Part shown: piece by piece, positions 28,519-42,117 of the stretch
How the letters are laid out: every line of letters starts with the position of its first letter
Position numbering within the stretch: the first letter of the stretch is position 1
DNA from: an uncultured Phycisphaerales bacterium
GTDB lineage: Bacteria > Planctomycetota > Phycisphaerae > Sedimentisphaerales > Anaerobacaceae
Direction: 5' to 3'
Length of the DNA stretch: 64,000 nucleotides
Assembly (NCBI GenBank): GCA_963718665.1
Contig: OY970359.1
Location: 1,728,001 to 1,792,000, forward strand
Notes under the pieces: generated by a model
What the model saw: only the letters and a program-made list of their open reading frames with translations
The model's database searches: none
Told to the model about the DNA's origin: nothing
Program-made: the position numbers and the translations under genes

Positions 28519-30260
28519 TGACTTACGGGATAATACAAATTGTTCTGTTCCTGTCTGTGGTTTTGTTATTGGTCAAGCCGCTTGGGTGGTATATGGCGAG
28601 GGTGTATGAAAACAAGCCCTGCGGCCTGGACCGGATACTTGGGCCGGTCGAGCGTGCGATTTATCGGCTCTGCGGGGTCAACCCTGCCAATGAGATGGGC
28701 TGGCAGAGATATACCGTCGCGATGATTGCTTTTAACGCGGCTGGTTTTGTCGTTTTGTATGCCTTGATGCGATTGCAGGGCTTTTTGCCTTTGAACCCGC
28801 AGCATTTTCCCGCTGTGCCTTCAGACATGGCATTCAATACGACTGTCAGTTTTATTACTAATACCAACTGGCAGGCATACGGCGGCGAGACCACGATGAG
28901 TTACCTGACTCAGATGCTCGGCTTGGCGGTGCAGAATTTTGTGTCCGCGGCGAGCGGTATGGCGGTGTTAGTCGCTTTAATCCGCGGATTTGTTCGCCGA
29001 AACAGCCAGACAATCGGCAACTTCTGGGTCGATTTGACCCGCTCGCTCTTGTATATCCTCATCCCTCTATCGCTGATAATTGCAATCCTTCTTGCGTCGC
29101 AGGGCGTTGTGCAGACGTTCAAGCCATATCCGATGGCGACGCTTGTTGAGCCGGTTACGCTTGTTGACGGCAATAGTGTTGCTGAGCAGACAATCGCGGT
29201 GGGGCCTGCAGCTTCGCAGATTGCCATCAAGCAACTGGGCACTAACGGCGGCGGATTTTTCAACGCTAACTCCGCTCATCCGCTTGAGAATCCTACGCCA
29301 TTGTCGAATTTTCTTGAGATGCTGGCGATACTTTTGATTCCGGGGGCGCTTTGCTACACATTCGGCAAAATGGCGGGCGATACGAAACAGGGCTGGGCGA
29401 TACTGGCCTCGATGGTAATTATTTTTGTGTGCCTGCTGGTCCTGTGCTGCTGGTCGGAGCAAAAAGGGACACCGCAACTTGCCTCAGCGGGTGCGGACCT
29501 GCAACCAAGCGCGACGCAAAGCGGCGGCAATATGGAGGGCAAGGAAGTCCGCTTCGGCATTTTCAATTCCGCCTTGTTTGCCACGATGACGACGGGGACA
29601 TCCTGCGGGGCTGTAAACTCGATGCACGATTCTTATACGCCTTTGGGCGGAATGGTCCCGATGTGGCTGATACAATTGGGAGAGGTGATTTTCGGCGGCG
29701 TCGGCTCGGGGCTTTACGGGATGCTGGTTTTCGCGATTCTGGCGGTATTCATCGCTGGGTTAATGGTAGGCCGAACGCCTGAATACTTAGGCAAAAAAAT
29801 TGAAAGTTTTGAAATGAAGATGGCTTCGCTGGTAATACTATTGCCGATATTTCTGGCATTGATTGGCACGGCTGTAGCCGTGGCGACAAAAGCGGGACAA
29901 GCGGGCGCATTCAATCCCGGTCCTCACGGCTTCAGTGAAATTCTTTACGCCTATTCGTCGGCGTCGAACAATAACGGCAGCGCCTTTGCCGGTATTAACT
30001 GTAACACGCCGTTTTATAATTACACCTTGGCCATGGCTATGCTCGGCGGGCGATACCTGTTCAAAATTCTTGTGCTGGCAATCGCCGGGTCGCTGGCGGC
30101 GAAGAAGTATGTCCCCGCAAGCGCAGGGACGCTGAGCACATCTGGCCCGATGTTTGTCATCCTGCTGATTAGCGTCGTTATCGTGGTGGGTGCGTTAAGC
30201 TTTATACCGGCCCTGGCCTTGGGGCCGATTGTGGAACATTTGATGATGATTGGCAGATAA
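28518..30260 (+). CDS. kdpA: K+-transporting ATPase subunit A
   Basis: [51 protein letters not shown]. Confidence 0.97.
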   Translation: MTYGIIQIVLFLSVVLLLVKPLGWYMARVYENKPCGLDRILGPVERAIYRLCGVNPANEMGWQRYTVAMIAFNAAGFVVLYALMRLQGFLPLNPQHFPAVPSDMAFNTTVSFITNTNWQAYGGETTMSYLTQMLGLAVQNFVSAASGMAVLVALIRGFVRRNSQTIGNFWVDLTRSLLYILIPLSLIIAILLASQGVVQTFKPYPMATLVEPVTLVDGNSVAEQTIAVGPAASQIAIKQLGTNGGGFFNANSAHPLENPTPLSNFLEMLAILLIPGALCYTFGKMAGDTKQGWAILASMVIIFVCLLVLCCWSEQKGTPQLASAGADLQPSATQSGGNMEGKEVRFGIFNSALFATMTTGTSCGAVNSMHDSYTPLGGMVPMWLIQLGEVIFGGVGSGLYGMLVFAILAVFIAGLMVGRTPEYLGKKIESFEMKMASLVILLPIFLALIGTAVAVATKAGQAGAFNPGPHGFSEILYAYSSASNNNGSAFAGINCNTPFYNYTLAMAMLGGRYLFKILVLAIAGSLAAKKYVPASAGTLSTSGPMFVILLISVVIVVGALSFIPALALGPIVEHLMMIGR

Positions 30261-30262
30261 TT

Positions 30263-32335
30263 ATGAATGATAATGCAAAAAAGACCAAGTTGTTTGACTG
30301 GGCAATAGTCCGGCCTGCTATCGTGGATTCGTTCTGCAAGCTCAGTCCGCGCAGACAATTCCGAAACCCCGTGATGTTCGTAGTGCTCGTCGGCAGCGTC
30401 CTGACAAGCTTATTGTTTGTTCAGGCCATCATTGGAAAAGGCGAGGCTGGCCCGTGGTTTATTCTTGGTATTTCGCTGTGGTTGTGGTTTACGGTCCTGT
30501 TTGCCAATTTTGCCGAAGCAATGGCCGAAGGACACGGCAGGGCGCAGGCGGATAGTTTAAGAAAAGCCCGCAGAGACCTGGTTGCAAAAAAACTCACCTC
30601 TCCCCACCATGGCTCCCCATACGAGTCGATACTGGCGTCGGTGCTGGAAGTGGGCGACGTCGTCCTCGTTGAAGCGGGCGATTTTATTCCAATCGACGGA
30701 GAGGTTGTCGAAGGCGTGGCCTCGGTGGATGAAAGCGCGGTTACCGGTGAAAGCGCGCCGGTCATTCGTGAAAGCGGCGGAGACAGGTCGGCAGTTACAG
30801 GAGGGACACGCATTATTTCGGACTGGTTAGTCATACGTGTTACCGCGGAATCGGGCAATACATTTTTAGACCGTATGATAGCGATGGTAGAAGGGGCCAA
30901 ACGCCAAAAGACGCCCAACGAAATTGCCCTTACAATTCTGTTGGCGGCGCTGACTATTATTTTTCTTGTGGTTACAGCGACGCTGCTTCCTTATTCATAT
31001 TACAGCGTTCTGCAGGCGCATCAGGGCGAGGTCGTAACGATTACCGTGCTTGTGGCGTTATTAGTTTGCCTTGCGCCGACAACCATAGGCGCATTGCTTT
31101 CCGCAATCGGGATAGCGGGTATGAGCCGGCTAAGCCAGGCCAATGTTGTGGCTATGTCGGGCCGGGCGGTAGAGGCGGCGGGCGACGTGGATGTGCTGCT
31201 GTTGGATAAAACCGGAACCATCACGTTGGGTAATCGCCAGGCAACGGAATTTATCACCGCGGACGGTGTGTCGATTGAGGATTTGGCTGACGCCGCACAG
31301 CTTGCCTCGCTGGCGGATGAAACTCCTGAGGGCAGGAGTATTGTCGTGCTCGCAAAGCAGCAATATAACCTGCGGGGAAGGGACATTGAGAAATTAGGCG
31401 CCAAATTTATTCCTTTTTCCGCCCAGACGCGAATGAGCGGCGTTGACCTCGATGGCAGACAGATTCGCAAAGGCGCGGTGGACGCGATTGAACAATTCGT
31501 TAAAAGTCACGGCGGGGTAACTCCTGATAAAATCCGGCAGATGAGCCAGAAAATTGCCAAAAGTGGCGGCACGCCTTTGGTTGTGGCAGACGGGGCAAAG
31601 GCGCTTGGGGTTATACATCTCAAGGACATTGTCAAAGGCGGCATCAAAGAACGGTTCGTCGATTTGCGCAGGATGGGCATCAAGACGGTGATGATTACCG
31701 GGGATAACCCGATGACCGCGGCGGCGATTGCCGCTGAAGCGGGCGTGGACGACTTTTTAGCGGAGGCAACGCCTGAAGCGAAACTTGAACTGATTCGGAG
31801 ATATCAGGCACAGGGGCATTTGGTGGCGATGACGGGCGACGGAACCAACGATGCGCCGGCGCTGGCCCAGGCGGACGTGGCGGTAGCGATGAATACAGGC
31901 ACGCAGGCAGCCAAAGAGGCGGGCAATATGGTTGACCTGGATTCCAACCCGACCAAGCTGCTCGATATCGTGCAAATAGGCAAGCAAACGCTGATGACCC
32001 GCGGGGCGCTGACGACCTTTTCCATCGCCAACGACGTGGCCAAGTATTTCGCAATCATACCGGCGGCGTTTGCCCTGACCTACCCGTCGCTTAATACGCT
32101 GAACGTGATGGCACTTGCAACGCCAAATAGTGCTATTTTGTCTGCCGTGATTTTTAACGCGATTATTATCGTCTTCCTGATTCCGCTTGCGCTGAAGGGG
32201 GTGAAATATTGCCCGATGCCCGCGACGCAGCTGCTGAGAAAGAACCTGCTTATTTACGGTGTCGGCGGAATAATTATCCCGTTTATCGGAATTAAATTGA
32301 TTGATATGATGCTGGTAGTTTTGCACTTAGTGTGA
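30263..32335 (+). CDS. kdpB: K+-transporting ATPase subunit B
   Basis: [31 protein letters not shown]. Confidence 0.97.
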   Translation: MNDNAKKTKLFDWAIVRPAIVDSFCKLSPRRQFRNPVMFVVLVGSVLTSLLFVQAIIGKGEAGPWFILGISLWLWFTVLFANFAEAMAEGHGRAQADSLRKARRDLVAKKLTSPHHGSPYESILASVLEVGDVVLVEAGDFIPIDGEVVEGVASVDESAVTGESAPVIRESGGDRSAVTGGTRIISDWLVIRVTAESGNTFLDRMIAMVEGAKRQKTPNEIALTILLAALTIIFLVVTATLLPYSYYSVLQAHQGEVVTITVLVALLVCLAPTTIGALLSAIGIAGMSRLSQANVVAMSGRAVEAAGDVDVLLLDKTGTITLGNRQATEFITADGVSIEDLADAAQLASLADETPEGRSIVVLAKQQYNLRGRDIEKLGAKFIPFSAQTRMSGVDLDGRQIRKGAVDAIEQFVKSHGGVTPDKIRQMSQKIAKSGGTPLVVADGAKALGVIHLKDIVKGGIKERFVDLRRMGIKTVMITGDNPMTAAAIAAEAGVDDFLAEATPEAKLELIRRYQAQGHLVAMTGDGTNDAPALAQADVAVAMNTGTQAAKEAGNMVDLDSNPTKLLDIVQIGKQTLMTRGALTTFSIANDVAKYFAIIPAAFALTYPSLNTLNVMALATPNSAILSAVIFNAIIIVFLIPLALKGVKYCPMPATQLLRKNLLIYGVGGIIIPFIGIKLIDMMLVVLHLV

Positions 32336-32357
32336 TTATAATGATGAAGGTGAGAAT

Positions 32358-32936
32358 ATGATTCGTATCCTGCGACAATCGGTTGCCTGTATAGTGGTAT
32401 TCACTGTGATTACGGGCATCATTTACCCGTTGATTGTAACCGGCTTTGCTCAATTAGTATTCCCGAGTCAGGCCAACGGCAGCTTGCTTGTCAATAACGG
32501 TAAAACCGTCGGGTCTTCACTTGTCGGGCAATCATTCAGCAGCTCGAAGTATTTCTGGGCGAGACCCTCCGCGACATCGCCGATGCCTTATAACGCCGCC
32601 AATTCTTCCGGCTCGAATCTGGGGCCGCTTAATCCGGCTTTGACCGAAAACGTCAAGGCCAGGATTATGCAATTGAAAGCCGCGGATGCTGCGAGTAAGC
32701 CAATAGTGCCCGTTGACCTTGTTACCGCCTCCGCCAGCGGTCTCGACCCCGACATAAGCCCCGCCTCGGCGGAATATCAGGTTTCCCGCGTCGCGAAGGC
32801 GAGAGACCTTGATGAAACCAAAGTCAGGGAGCTTGTAGTTAAATTAACCAAAAGCAGACAGCTTGGCATTCTTGGCGAGCCGCGGGTCAACGTGCTGGAG
32901 CTTAACATTGCCCTGGATAACCTTAAGAACAAATAG
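32358..32936 (+). CDS. kdpC: K+-transporting ATPase subunit C
   Basis: [37 protein letters not shown]. Confidence 0.96.
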   Translation: MIRILRQSVACIVVFTVITGIIYPLIVTGFAQLVFPSQANGSLLVNNGKTVGSSLVGQSFSSSKYFWARPSATSPMPYNAANSSGSNLGPLNPALTENVKARIMQLKAADAASKPIVPVDLVTASASGLDPDISPASAEYQVSRVAKARDLDETKVRELVVKLTKSRQLGILGEPRVNVLELNIALDNLKNK

Positions 32937-32975
32937 GCAAATAACGATTTGACTTAATTAAATTTTGGAGGCGTT

Positions 32976-33776
32976 ATGGTACTTAAAACAAAGCTTTCAA
33001 TTGGCCTGGGGTTCCTGTTCGCTATCATTTTTGCCCTCGCATTTTTCTGCTCTTATTATGTTGACAAACTGTCCGAAGAAGCCGACAACGTTCTCAAAAA
33101 CAATTATGATTCCATTGTCTATTCAAAAAATATGCTCTCCGCACTCGACGACACCAGAACTTCCATAAGCAGCACTATATTCAATCCCGGCGACAACAAA
33201 AAATTATCCGATTATTATTTCCATCTTTTCGAAACCGGCAGAACCGATTTTGAAAAGAACCTCAAAGCCGAAAATAACAACATAACGGAGATTCACGAAA
33301 AAGAGTACGTTGACACGCTCAATCGCGATTATGCTGTTTATATGAACCTATGCGATAAGATTAAAAACGGTTTAGGCACTACCTCAATGTATTTTAACGA
33401 AGTCCTGCCTTGTTATGAAAAACTCAAACAATCCATCCTCAGCATCGATGACCTTAACATGGAGGCCGTTGTCCGAAAAAATCTGATAACAAAACAGCAG
33501 TCCGCTGATGTGAAAACCTATATGTCCGTAACGGCTGCATTGTGCATCATTTTGGCCTTTGGCTATTTCTGGTATTTCCCCTTTTATGTCTCTAACGCGG
33601 TCTCCTACTTATCAAAGAGAATAACCGAACTACTGAAAAAAGCCGGCATCGCTTCCGACATAAAAACAAACGACGAGGCCTATATCATTTTGCAGTCCAT
33701 CAAACTCCTCGAAAAGAAACTCGGCCTCGACAACCCCGAAAAAGATTCACTGCAAAATGAGGAGTTAAAGAAATAG
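32976..33776 (+). CDS. Two-TM protein with periplasmic four-helix sensor domain and no output domain
   Basis: [15 protein letters not shown]1, [29 protein letters not shown]2, then a short tail with no kinase motifs. Confidence 0.7.
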   Translation: MVLKTKLSIGLGFLFAIIFALAFFCSYYVDKLSEEADNVLKNNYDSIVYSKNMLSALDDTRTSISSTIFNPGDNKKLSDYYFHLFETGRTDFEKNLKAENNNITEIHEKEYVDTLNRDYAVYMNLCDKIKNGLGTTSMYFNEVLPCYEKLKQSILSIDDLNMEAVVRKNLITKQQSADVKTYMSVTAALCIILAFGYFWYFPFYVSNAVSYLSKRITELLKKAGIASDIKTNDEAYIILQSIKLLEKKLGLDNPEKDSLQNEELKK

Positions 33777-33865
33777 CACGTTTTGTTGCATGGTATAACT
33801 CCAGGCGGTATCATAAGTCCCTGGGCAATGTTACGCTGACGACGTACAAAATAGGCAGATAACGA

Positions 33866-35845
33866 ATAGATAACCAGCGACCAAATCCTGATGAATTGCT
33901 CGAACAAATCCGCGAAGAGGAAAAGGCGAAGGCTGGCGGCAAGCTGAAGATATTTTTCGGCTATGCGGCTGGTGTCGGCAAGACCTATTCGATGCTGGAG
34001 GCAGCAAGAGAGCAGGCCAGCGCAGGTGTGGATATTGTTATCGGGTATGTTCAGCCGCACGCGCGACCTGAGACCGAGGCGATTATGCTGGGGATGGAAA
34101 TTCTCCCGCTCAAAGAGTTGGAATACAAAGGCATAAAGTTAAAGGAGTTTGACCTCGATGCGGCGCTGGCTCGCAAGCCGGCGATAATAATTGTCGATGA
34201 GTTTGCCCATACCAACGCCCCCGGCCTGCGACATACAAAGCGATGGCAGGACGTGGAAGAATTATTAGACGCCGGCATCAGCGTCTATACCACGCTGAAC
34301 GTTCAGCATTTAGAGAGTTTGAACGATATTGTGGCGAAGATTTCCGGTATCGCGGTCCGTGAGACGGTTCCTGATACTGTTTTTGACAATGCCGACGAGG
34401 TTGAGCTGGTGGACCTGCCTCCGGAAGATTTGCTGCAGCGTTTCGAAGAGGGCAAGATATATTTCCCTGCTGATGCCGAGCGGGCCATGCTGAAGTTCTT
34501 CAAGCTGCCCAACCTGACTGCCCTGCGCGAGCTGGCTATGCGAAGAACCGCCGACCATTTGAGCGCACAGGCACAGACATCGGGAAACACCCGGGTGGGG
34601 GCGACCAGGGAGCGATTGCTTGTTTGTATAGGTCCCAGTCCGACGTCGGCGAGATTAATTCGGGCTGCCAGGCGGATGGCAATGGCGCTGCGTGCGCCTT
34701 GGATAGCGGCCTATGTGGACACGGGTCGTTTTATGAACGATGCCGCCCGCCAGAAGCTCGCCCGCAACCTTAATTTGGCTGAGCAATTAGGCGCAGAAAC
34801 CGTTACGCTCGGCGGGGAAGATATGGCCGAAGAGATTGTAAAGTATGCTCAGTCCAAGAGCGTGACGAAAATCATCATAGGCAAGACCGGCGAATCGCGA
34901 TGGCGCGAATTAATGGGCAGTTCCATCATAAGTAAAGTACTACGTCATAGCGGCGACATAGATGTATATGTGATTAGAGGCCAAAAAGACCCCGCTGACG
35001 AAAACAAGACCCGGTATCCTGTCAGCCGGCGCAAAATTAATTACCTGTCTTACGTCAAGACAATCGTGGTTACTGTAATCAGCATCGTTCTTGCCGAGCT
35101 GATAAGCAGGGCGGGGCTTAGCGAAACAAACCAGGCAATGGTGTTTATTCTGGGCGTAGTGTTTGTGACCGCAAGATACGGACTCGGTCCCGGTATTCTG
35201 GCTTCAGTTGCCGGCGTGCTGGCGTTCGATTTCTTCCTTGTGCCGCCCTATTATAGTTTCAATGTTACCGACACCGAGTATTTTATTACATTTGCCGTTA
35301 TGCTGACCATTGCGATTCTGATTAGCACGCTGGCGTTTCGGGTTCGCCTTCAGGTGGAGACGCTGCGTCAGAGGCAATGGCGCACCGAGGCACTGTATCG
35401 TTTAAGCAGGAAACTGGCCGCCACCGCGGGGACACATCAGCTCGTGGCTGTCGCCCAGGAGTTATTATCGGAGAGTTTAACCAGCGAGGTTGCGATATTT
35501 CTGCCCGATGAAGCAGGCCGGCTAAAAGCGGCGGTCAGCCGACCCAGCAGTTTCGCCGGTATGGAAAAAGAAATTGCCGTTGCCCAGTGGGTATATGAGC
35601 ATAACCAGATAGCGGGCGCCGGAACCGATACGCTGCCGGATGCTAATGCCATATACGTGCCGATGACCTGTCCGCGAGGGACTGTCGGTGTTTTGGGTCT
35701 GAAGTCCGGCGAGCCGGGCAAATTTAATGCGCCGGACCAGCGGCAAATCCTGGAGATGGCGGCCGACCAGCTTGCTTTATCAATCGAGCGAGACCGCCTG
35801 GCCGAACAGATTCAGGATGTGCTCCGGCGAAAAGGAACGCTGTAA
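33866..35845 (+). CDS. kdpD: KdpD sensor lacking the histidine kinase domains
   Basis: RPNPDELL, GYAAGVGKT, DEFAHTN, TTLNVQHLESLND, Usp domain, 4 TM, GAF; stops before HisKA/HATPase. Conserved N-terminus begins at ATA 33866 (next start is TTG 33896). Confidence 0.88.
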   Translation: MDNQRPNPDELLEQIREEEKAKAGGKLKIFFGYAAGVGKTYSMLEAAREQASAGVDIVIGYVQPHARPETEAIMLGMEILPLKELEYKGIKLKEFDLDAALARKPAIIIVDEFAHTNAPGLRHTKRWQDVEELLDAGISVYTTLNVQHLESLNDIVAKISGIAVRETVPDTVFDNADEVELVDLPPEDLLQRFEEGKIYFPADAERAMLKFFKLPNLTALRELAMRRTADHLSAQAQTSGNTRVGATRERLLVCIGPSPTSARLIRAARRMAMALRAPWIAAYVDTGRFMNDAARQKLARNLNLAEQLGAETVTLGGEDMAEEIVKYAQSKSVTKIIIGKTGESRWRELMGSSIISKVLRHSGDIDVYVIRGQKDPADENKTRYPVSRRKINYLSYVKTIVVTVISIVLAELISRAGLSETNQAMVFILGVVFVTARYGLGPGILASVAGVLAFDFFLVPPYYSFNVTDTEYFITFAVMLTIAILISTLAFRVRLQVETLRQRQWRTEALYRLSRKLAATAGTHQLVAVAQELLSESLTSEVAIFLPDEAGRLKAAVSRPSSFAGMEKEIAVAQWVYEHNQIAGAGTDTLPDANAIYVPMTCPRGTVGVLGLKSGEPGKFNAPDQRQILEMAADQLALSIERDRLAEQIQDVLRRKGTL

Positions 35846-35847
35846 TT

Positions 35848-36411
35848 TCATTGTATGGTTTGCTGGGTTTCGGGCGGCTTGGTTGATTCGGACGGTTTAG
35901 GTGATTCGGGGGGATTGGATTTTACCGTCATTGTGCGGGAAGGATCCTTTGTCGGGCCGAAGAAAACAAAGGAAATCAACACCAAAGTCGCGCCGGATAT
36001 AAACAGGATGTGTCTGCGAGGCCACTGACAGGAAAGGCAAAGCCAGGGCGGGACACCCTGTATGATTGTAATTTGGTTTGGCTCTTCAGCTAAGGCGCGC
36101 CTCGCGGCCGCGAGTTTGCCGACTGTCGCGCGTGGATACGCGGTATTTGGCTCATTGGCCTCAATGCCGAGCGTAGCGGGTGCCAGACGAGCAAGCTCTT
36201 TGAGGTTGCCTTCAATCTGGGCGAGCAGGGTATCGTAATCGGTGTTAAGAGATTCGAGTTTTTTGAGGTGGCTTTCGGCCTGGGCGAGCAGGCCTTTGTA
36301 GTAATAATATTCGAGCAAATCATCGCACAGCGTCGTTGCTGATAATACAGCCGCACCGACGCTGAAGAACACGACAAACGCAACGGTTCGAATGACTCGC
36401 TCGTTTTGCAT
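35848..36411 (-). CDS. Membrane protein, FtsB/DivIC-like coiled coil
   Basis: TM, then heptad coil ending ELARLAPATLG, then a second TM; directly downstream of eno. Confidence 0.55.
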   Translation of the reverse strand: MQNERVIRTVAFVVFFSVGAAVLSATTLCDDLLEYYYYKGLLAQAESHLKKLESLNTDYDTLLAQIEGNLKELARLAPATLGIEANEPNTAYPRATVGKLAAARRALAEEPNQITIIQGVPPWLCLSCQWPRRHILFISGATLVLISFVFFGPTKDPSRTMTVKSNPPESPKPSESTKPPETQQTIQ

Positions 36412-36493
36412 TATCCCGCCAAAAAAATCGGCAGGTGCAATTATCCGTTACTTATTTGGTTCTCGCACCTGCCGTTAATTTCCTGTTTTCCCA

Positions 36494-37810
<1,317 letters not shown>

Positions 37811-37988
37811 TCACGTTTGACCGTTCGCAAAGAGCACAAAATTACCCATTTTAAGCCGTCTCGTCAATAGCAATCCGCATTCTAAAGGCCGGCTAAAAAT
37901 GGTTGCATTGAGATTCTACCCCCGTTAGTATTATGCCCCAATATATGCCTTGGCAGTTGAACCAGACGGTTTAATGAGAGAGGAACTT

Positions 37989-39442
37989 ATGAGCAACGAA
38001 ATCCAGAAACTCCCATTAAGGGAAAAAGTCGGCTACGGGTTCGGAGATTTGGCGTCTGTGTTGTTCTGGCAGTGTATTGTCGGAAATCTGATGCTTTTCT
38101 ATACCGATGTTTTCAAAATCGCTGCTGACCCGAAGAAAGCGGCAGCAGTTGCCGGCTTGATGATTGGTTTAGCAACAATTTTTGATGGTATTATTGACCC
38201 TGTTATTGGGATGATTGCTGACAGGACCGAAACCCGATGGGGAAAATTCAGACCTTATTTAATCTGGATGTCCGTACCGTTGATGGTTTCAGCATTACTG
38301 ACTTTTATGGTACCGGGTCTCAGCCCGATGGGAAAACTTATTTATGCTTATGTTACTCTTTTTCTTTTCAGGGCATGTTATGCTGCAATTAACATCCCGT
38401 ATTCTTCATTGCTTGGAGTTCTTAGCCCCGATTCCAAGGAAAGAACAAGCGCATCATCGTTTAAGTTTGCGTTTGCTTATACGGCAGGATTTATAGTTAC
38501 CTTGACATCATTAATTTTAGCCAAGCACCTCGGAAATGGAAAAGATTCAACGGACCCGAAGGGCTGGACTTATACGATTTTGATATATGGCTGTGTTGCG
38601 GTTGTTTTCTTTACTTTGACGTTCTTGCTGACTAAAGAAAGAGTGAAACCTCAAAAAAGCCAGAAAACGTCTGTAGGAAAAGATTTGCTGGATTTGGTCA
38701 CTAATGTTCCCTGGATAATACTTTTATTTGCAACCCTTTCCATGATTTTGTTCGTTTCCACGAGAATGGGAGTAACCAATTACTATTTCAAATATTACAT
38801 CACAGAAAACGGCACAGTTTCCGTCCCATTAAACTTATTGTTCTGGAAATTTAACCTTGGATTTGAGGAAATAGTTTCCGCGTTTGGTGCCATAGGACAG
38901 TTATGTGCAATCCTGGGCACACTCATGGTTCCTGTTTTAGTTCATTTAATGGGCAAGAAAAACGCCTTTTTTACCATATTTGGCATTGCGATTATCTCTA
39001 CCGCCGCGTTTTACTTCTTAAAACCGGATAATATGTTTTTGATTTTTGCATTGCAGATTATCGGATCTTTAACCGGAGGTCCGTTATCACCTGTTATCTG
39101 GGCGATGTATGCCGATACCGCGGATTACTCAGAATGGAAAAGAGGAAGAAGGGCGACCGGTCTGGTATTTTCAGCTTCAGCAATGTCACAAAAGGTTGGC
39201 TGGTGCTTGGCGCGACTTTGACAGGGATATTGCTTTCTTCCTACAGTTTTGTACCCAACCAAATACAATCGCCGGAGGCAAATAAGGGGATAGTTATGCT
39301 TATGAGCACTATACCCGCAGTTTTCGGTATTCTTTCTGTTGTCTTAATATTCTTTTACATCCTCGATGATAAAATGATGAAGAAAATAAAAACAGACCTT
39401 GAGGAAAGACGCAAGGCCAGCGGCCAGGCCGCGACTGTTTAA
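37989..39442 (+). CDS. GPH-family glycoside:cation symporter (frameshift at ~39200)
   Basis: EKVGYGFGD, DRTETRWGKFRPY, NIPYSSL, MYADTADY; C-terminus continues in ORF 39134-39442. Confidence 0.88.
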
Positions 39443-39480
39443 CGGTTTTTTAAAATTCAACTGTGAAAAAGGGTGAAAAA

Positions 39481-40473
39481 ATGAAAAAGAAAACAATCAT
39501 TGGCGAACCACTGCCGAACATGCCGTGGGAAGACAAACCAAAGGGCTGTATCGACGTTGTCTGGAGATACAGCGGCAATCCAATACTTGACTGGAACCCG
39601 ATACCCAAAGCGGCGAGAATTTTCAACAGCGCCGTTTTGCCTTATAAAGACGAATTCGTCGGGGTCTTCAGGGCAGACCAGAGAAACGGACGTGCGACGC
39701 TGTTTTTCGGAAAAAGCAAAGACGGTCTTAAATGGAAAATCGGACCCGACCCCATTGACTGGGTTAACGAAAAAGGAAAGCCCAATCCCATCAGCTACGG
39801 TTATGACCCGAGATTCTTAAAGCTCGACGATGCCTACTATATTGTATGGTGCGACGATATGCACGGGGCGTCAATCGGCTTGGGCAGGACCACTGATTTC
39901 AAGACATTTATCCGTATGCCTAATCCGCTTATGCCCTTTAACAGAAACGGTGTTCTTTTCCCGAGAAAGGTTAACGGTAAGTATATCTTGTTGAGCAGGC
40001 CCAGCGACAGCGCTCACACGCCTTTCGGCGATATCTATATGAGCGAAAGCCCGGACCTGATTTACTGGGGCAATCACAGACACGTAATGAGCAGGGGCGG
40101 AAGCGGCTGGTGGCAGGGCACAAAAATCGGCGCAGGCCCGACCCCGATTGAAACGACCGAAGGGTGGCTGCTGCTCTATCACGGCGTATCGTTTACCTGC
40201 AACGGCTTCGTTTACAGCTTCGGCGCGGTAATACTGGATATCGATAAGCCATGGAAGGTGCTGTACAGGACACGCGATTACCTGCTCACGCCGGAGAAGT
40301 TGTATGAGGTAACTGGCTTTGTGCCGAACGTAACATTCCCATGTGCCAACATTTACGACGCCGAAACGGGCAGAATCGCCATTTATTACGGCGCTGCCGA
40401 TACCTGCACAGCCCTGGCGTTCACGCAGGTCGATGAGTTAATCGATTATATTAAGAATAACTCGGAAGTTTAA
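39481..40473 (+). CDS. GH130 beta-mannoside phosphorylase
   Basis: MPWEDKP..WRYSGNPI, IFNSAV, YDPR, NRNGVLFP, KIGAG, YYGAADT. Confidence 0.92.
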   Translation: MKKKTIIGEPLPNMPWEDKPKGCIDVVWRYSGNPILDWNPIPKAARIFNSAVLPYKDEFVGVFRADQRNGRATLFFGKSKDGLKWKIGPDPIDWVNEKGKPNPISYGYDPRFLKLDDAYYIVWCDDMHGASIGLGRTTDFKTFIRMPNPLMPFNRNGVLFPRKVNGKYILLSRPSDSAHTPFGDIYMSESPDLIYWGNHRHVMSRGGSGWWQGTKIGAGPTPIETTEGWLLLYHGVSFTCNGFVYSFGAVILDIDKPWKVLYRTRDYLLTPEKLYEVTGFVPNVTFPCANIYDAETGRIAIYYGAADTCTALAFTQVDELIDYIKNNSEV

Positions 40474-40517
40474 TCGCTTCAGAATAAGCCGAAACTTAAT
40501 TTTAAGAAGGAGCTGAA

Positions 40518-41975
40518 ATGGCACAGGAAATGACGGCAAACACCGGCAAGTTAGTGCGCGACCGCCTGCCGATTCTTACAAAGGTATGCTATGGTCTCGG
40601 AACCGCTCTGGATATGTGGGGCATCTGGCTTTATTTCAGCGTTGCCTTTGCAGTGTTTAATATTTATCTGGGCGTTTCTCCTGTTCTTGTAGGTTTTGCA
40701 TTATTTTTTATTCGCTTTTATGACGCGTTTACCGACCCGTTTATGGGCTGGATATCAGACAACCTCCGGACAAAATACGGTCGCAGACGTCCATTCATTC
40801 TGATTTTCGGTGTTTTGTGCGGACTGGGGCTGCCCATAATGTTTCTTGTTTCGCCTACATGGTCGGACAAGACATTTCTTGGATTATCGGCTGTCTTCTG
40901 GTATATGATTGTTTCAAATATGATTTACATCCCCATCTTCAGTGCCTACACCGTTCCATTTAACAGTTTAGCTAATGAATTAAGTCCTGACTACGAGGAA
41001 CGCACCTCGATAATGACCTATAGAAGCGTGCTTCAGAAGATATTCGAAGTAGGCAACTTTTATGCGCTGCGGTTTACAAATCTGGCGTGGTTTCTTATCC
41101 CGGGGACAGGCAAACAGAATATCCTTATGGGATTGCGCGTATATTCCTGTATCCTCGGTGTTGTGATGGCAATCTTTGCCATAATAATCTTCTTCAGAGT
41201 TAAAGAACGTTATTATGAAAATATCGTGGTGAAAAAACAGCAGGAGCATGTCTCTCTTAAAAGCGCTCTTTATGAAACGCTTACCTGCAGGCCATTTTTG
41301 TTTATGCTGCTGGTTGGTGCTTGTTTTAACTTAGGCACGAGTATGTTAGGTACACTGGGTTACTACGCGACGGTCTATTATGTCTGCGGCGGTAATCAGG
41401 CGATTGGCAATGACTGGAATTTCTGGATGGGTATGGCGTTTATGTTCGGAGGACTAATTGGCGCCCCGATTCTTAACAGGGTAGCATATTTTGTTGGTAA
41501 ACGTAATGCTCTGATTGTCAACGCCTTTATCGGCATAATTGCTTACGCAAGCTCATGGTATCTTTACAACCCTCATATTCAGTGGATGCAAACAATCGCC
41601 TCCGGTCTTATGGGGCTTACCGCGTCGGGCCTTTGGATGCTGTATGGTTCAATCTGCGCCGATGTCATCGATTACGATGAGCTTAATACCGGCAAACGGC
41701 GTGAGGGCTCTTTTACTTCCTGCGGAACATATATCATCAAACTGGGTAATTCGTTAGGAATATTATTTTCAGGAGTAGTCCTTTCCTGGATAGGTTATGA
41801 TTCTAAATTGGCTGCACAGACGCCCCATACAATTTTTTGGATTCGCATAATGCTTATGGCCTTGCCGCTTGTCGGGATGGCTCTGGTGATAGCATTTATT
41901 TTACAGGTGCCGCTTACAAAGAAGATTTGCGAGGAAATCAGGGTTAAACTCGAAGCACGAAGGGGGCAGGTATAA
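40518..41975 (+). CDS. GPH-family glycoside:cation symporter
   Basis: DNLRTKYGRRRPF, ELSPDYEERT, DVIDYDELNTGKRREG. Confidence 0.9.
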   Translation: MAQEMTANTGKLVRDRLPILTKVCYGLGTALDMWGIWLYFSVAFAVFNIYLGVSPVLVGFALFFIRFYDAFTDPFMGWISDNLRTKYGRRRPFILIFGVLCGLGLPIMFLVSPTWSDKTFLGLSAVFWYMIVSNMIYIPIFSAYTVPFNSLANELSPDYEERTSIMTYRSVLQKIFEVGNFYALRFTNLAWFLIPGTGKQNILMGLRVYSCILGVVMAIFAIIIFFRVKERYYENIVVKKQQEHVSLKSALYETLTCRPFLFMLLVGACFNLGTSMLGTLGYYATVYYVCGGNQAIGNDWNFWMGMAFMFGGLIGAPILNRVAYFVGKRNALIVNAFIGIIAYASSWYLYNPHIQWMQTIASGLMGLTASGLWMLYGSICADVIDYDELNTGKRREGSFTSCGTYIIKLGNSLGILFSGVVLSWIGYDSKLAAQTPHTIFWIRIMLMALPLVGMALVIAFILQVPLTKKICEEIRVKLEARRGQV

Positions 41976-42003
41976 CGGCTTTTGCGGATTTTACACAAAC
42001 AAA

Positions 42004-42045
42004 AAAGGCCGCGGTTTATTTCGAATCGCGGCCTTTGTTTTTTTT
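42004..42045 (+). terminator. Intrinsic terminator
   Basis: AAAGGCCGCGGTT...AATCGCGGCCTTT followed by a T run. Confidence 0.8.
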
Positions 42046-42117
42046 ATCGATATCGGTATAATTTGCGGGACGTTAAACTGTGATTAACCTGTTAGTATCT
42101 TGATGGAGAGGCGCAAA

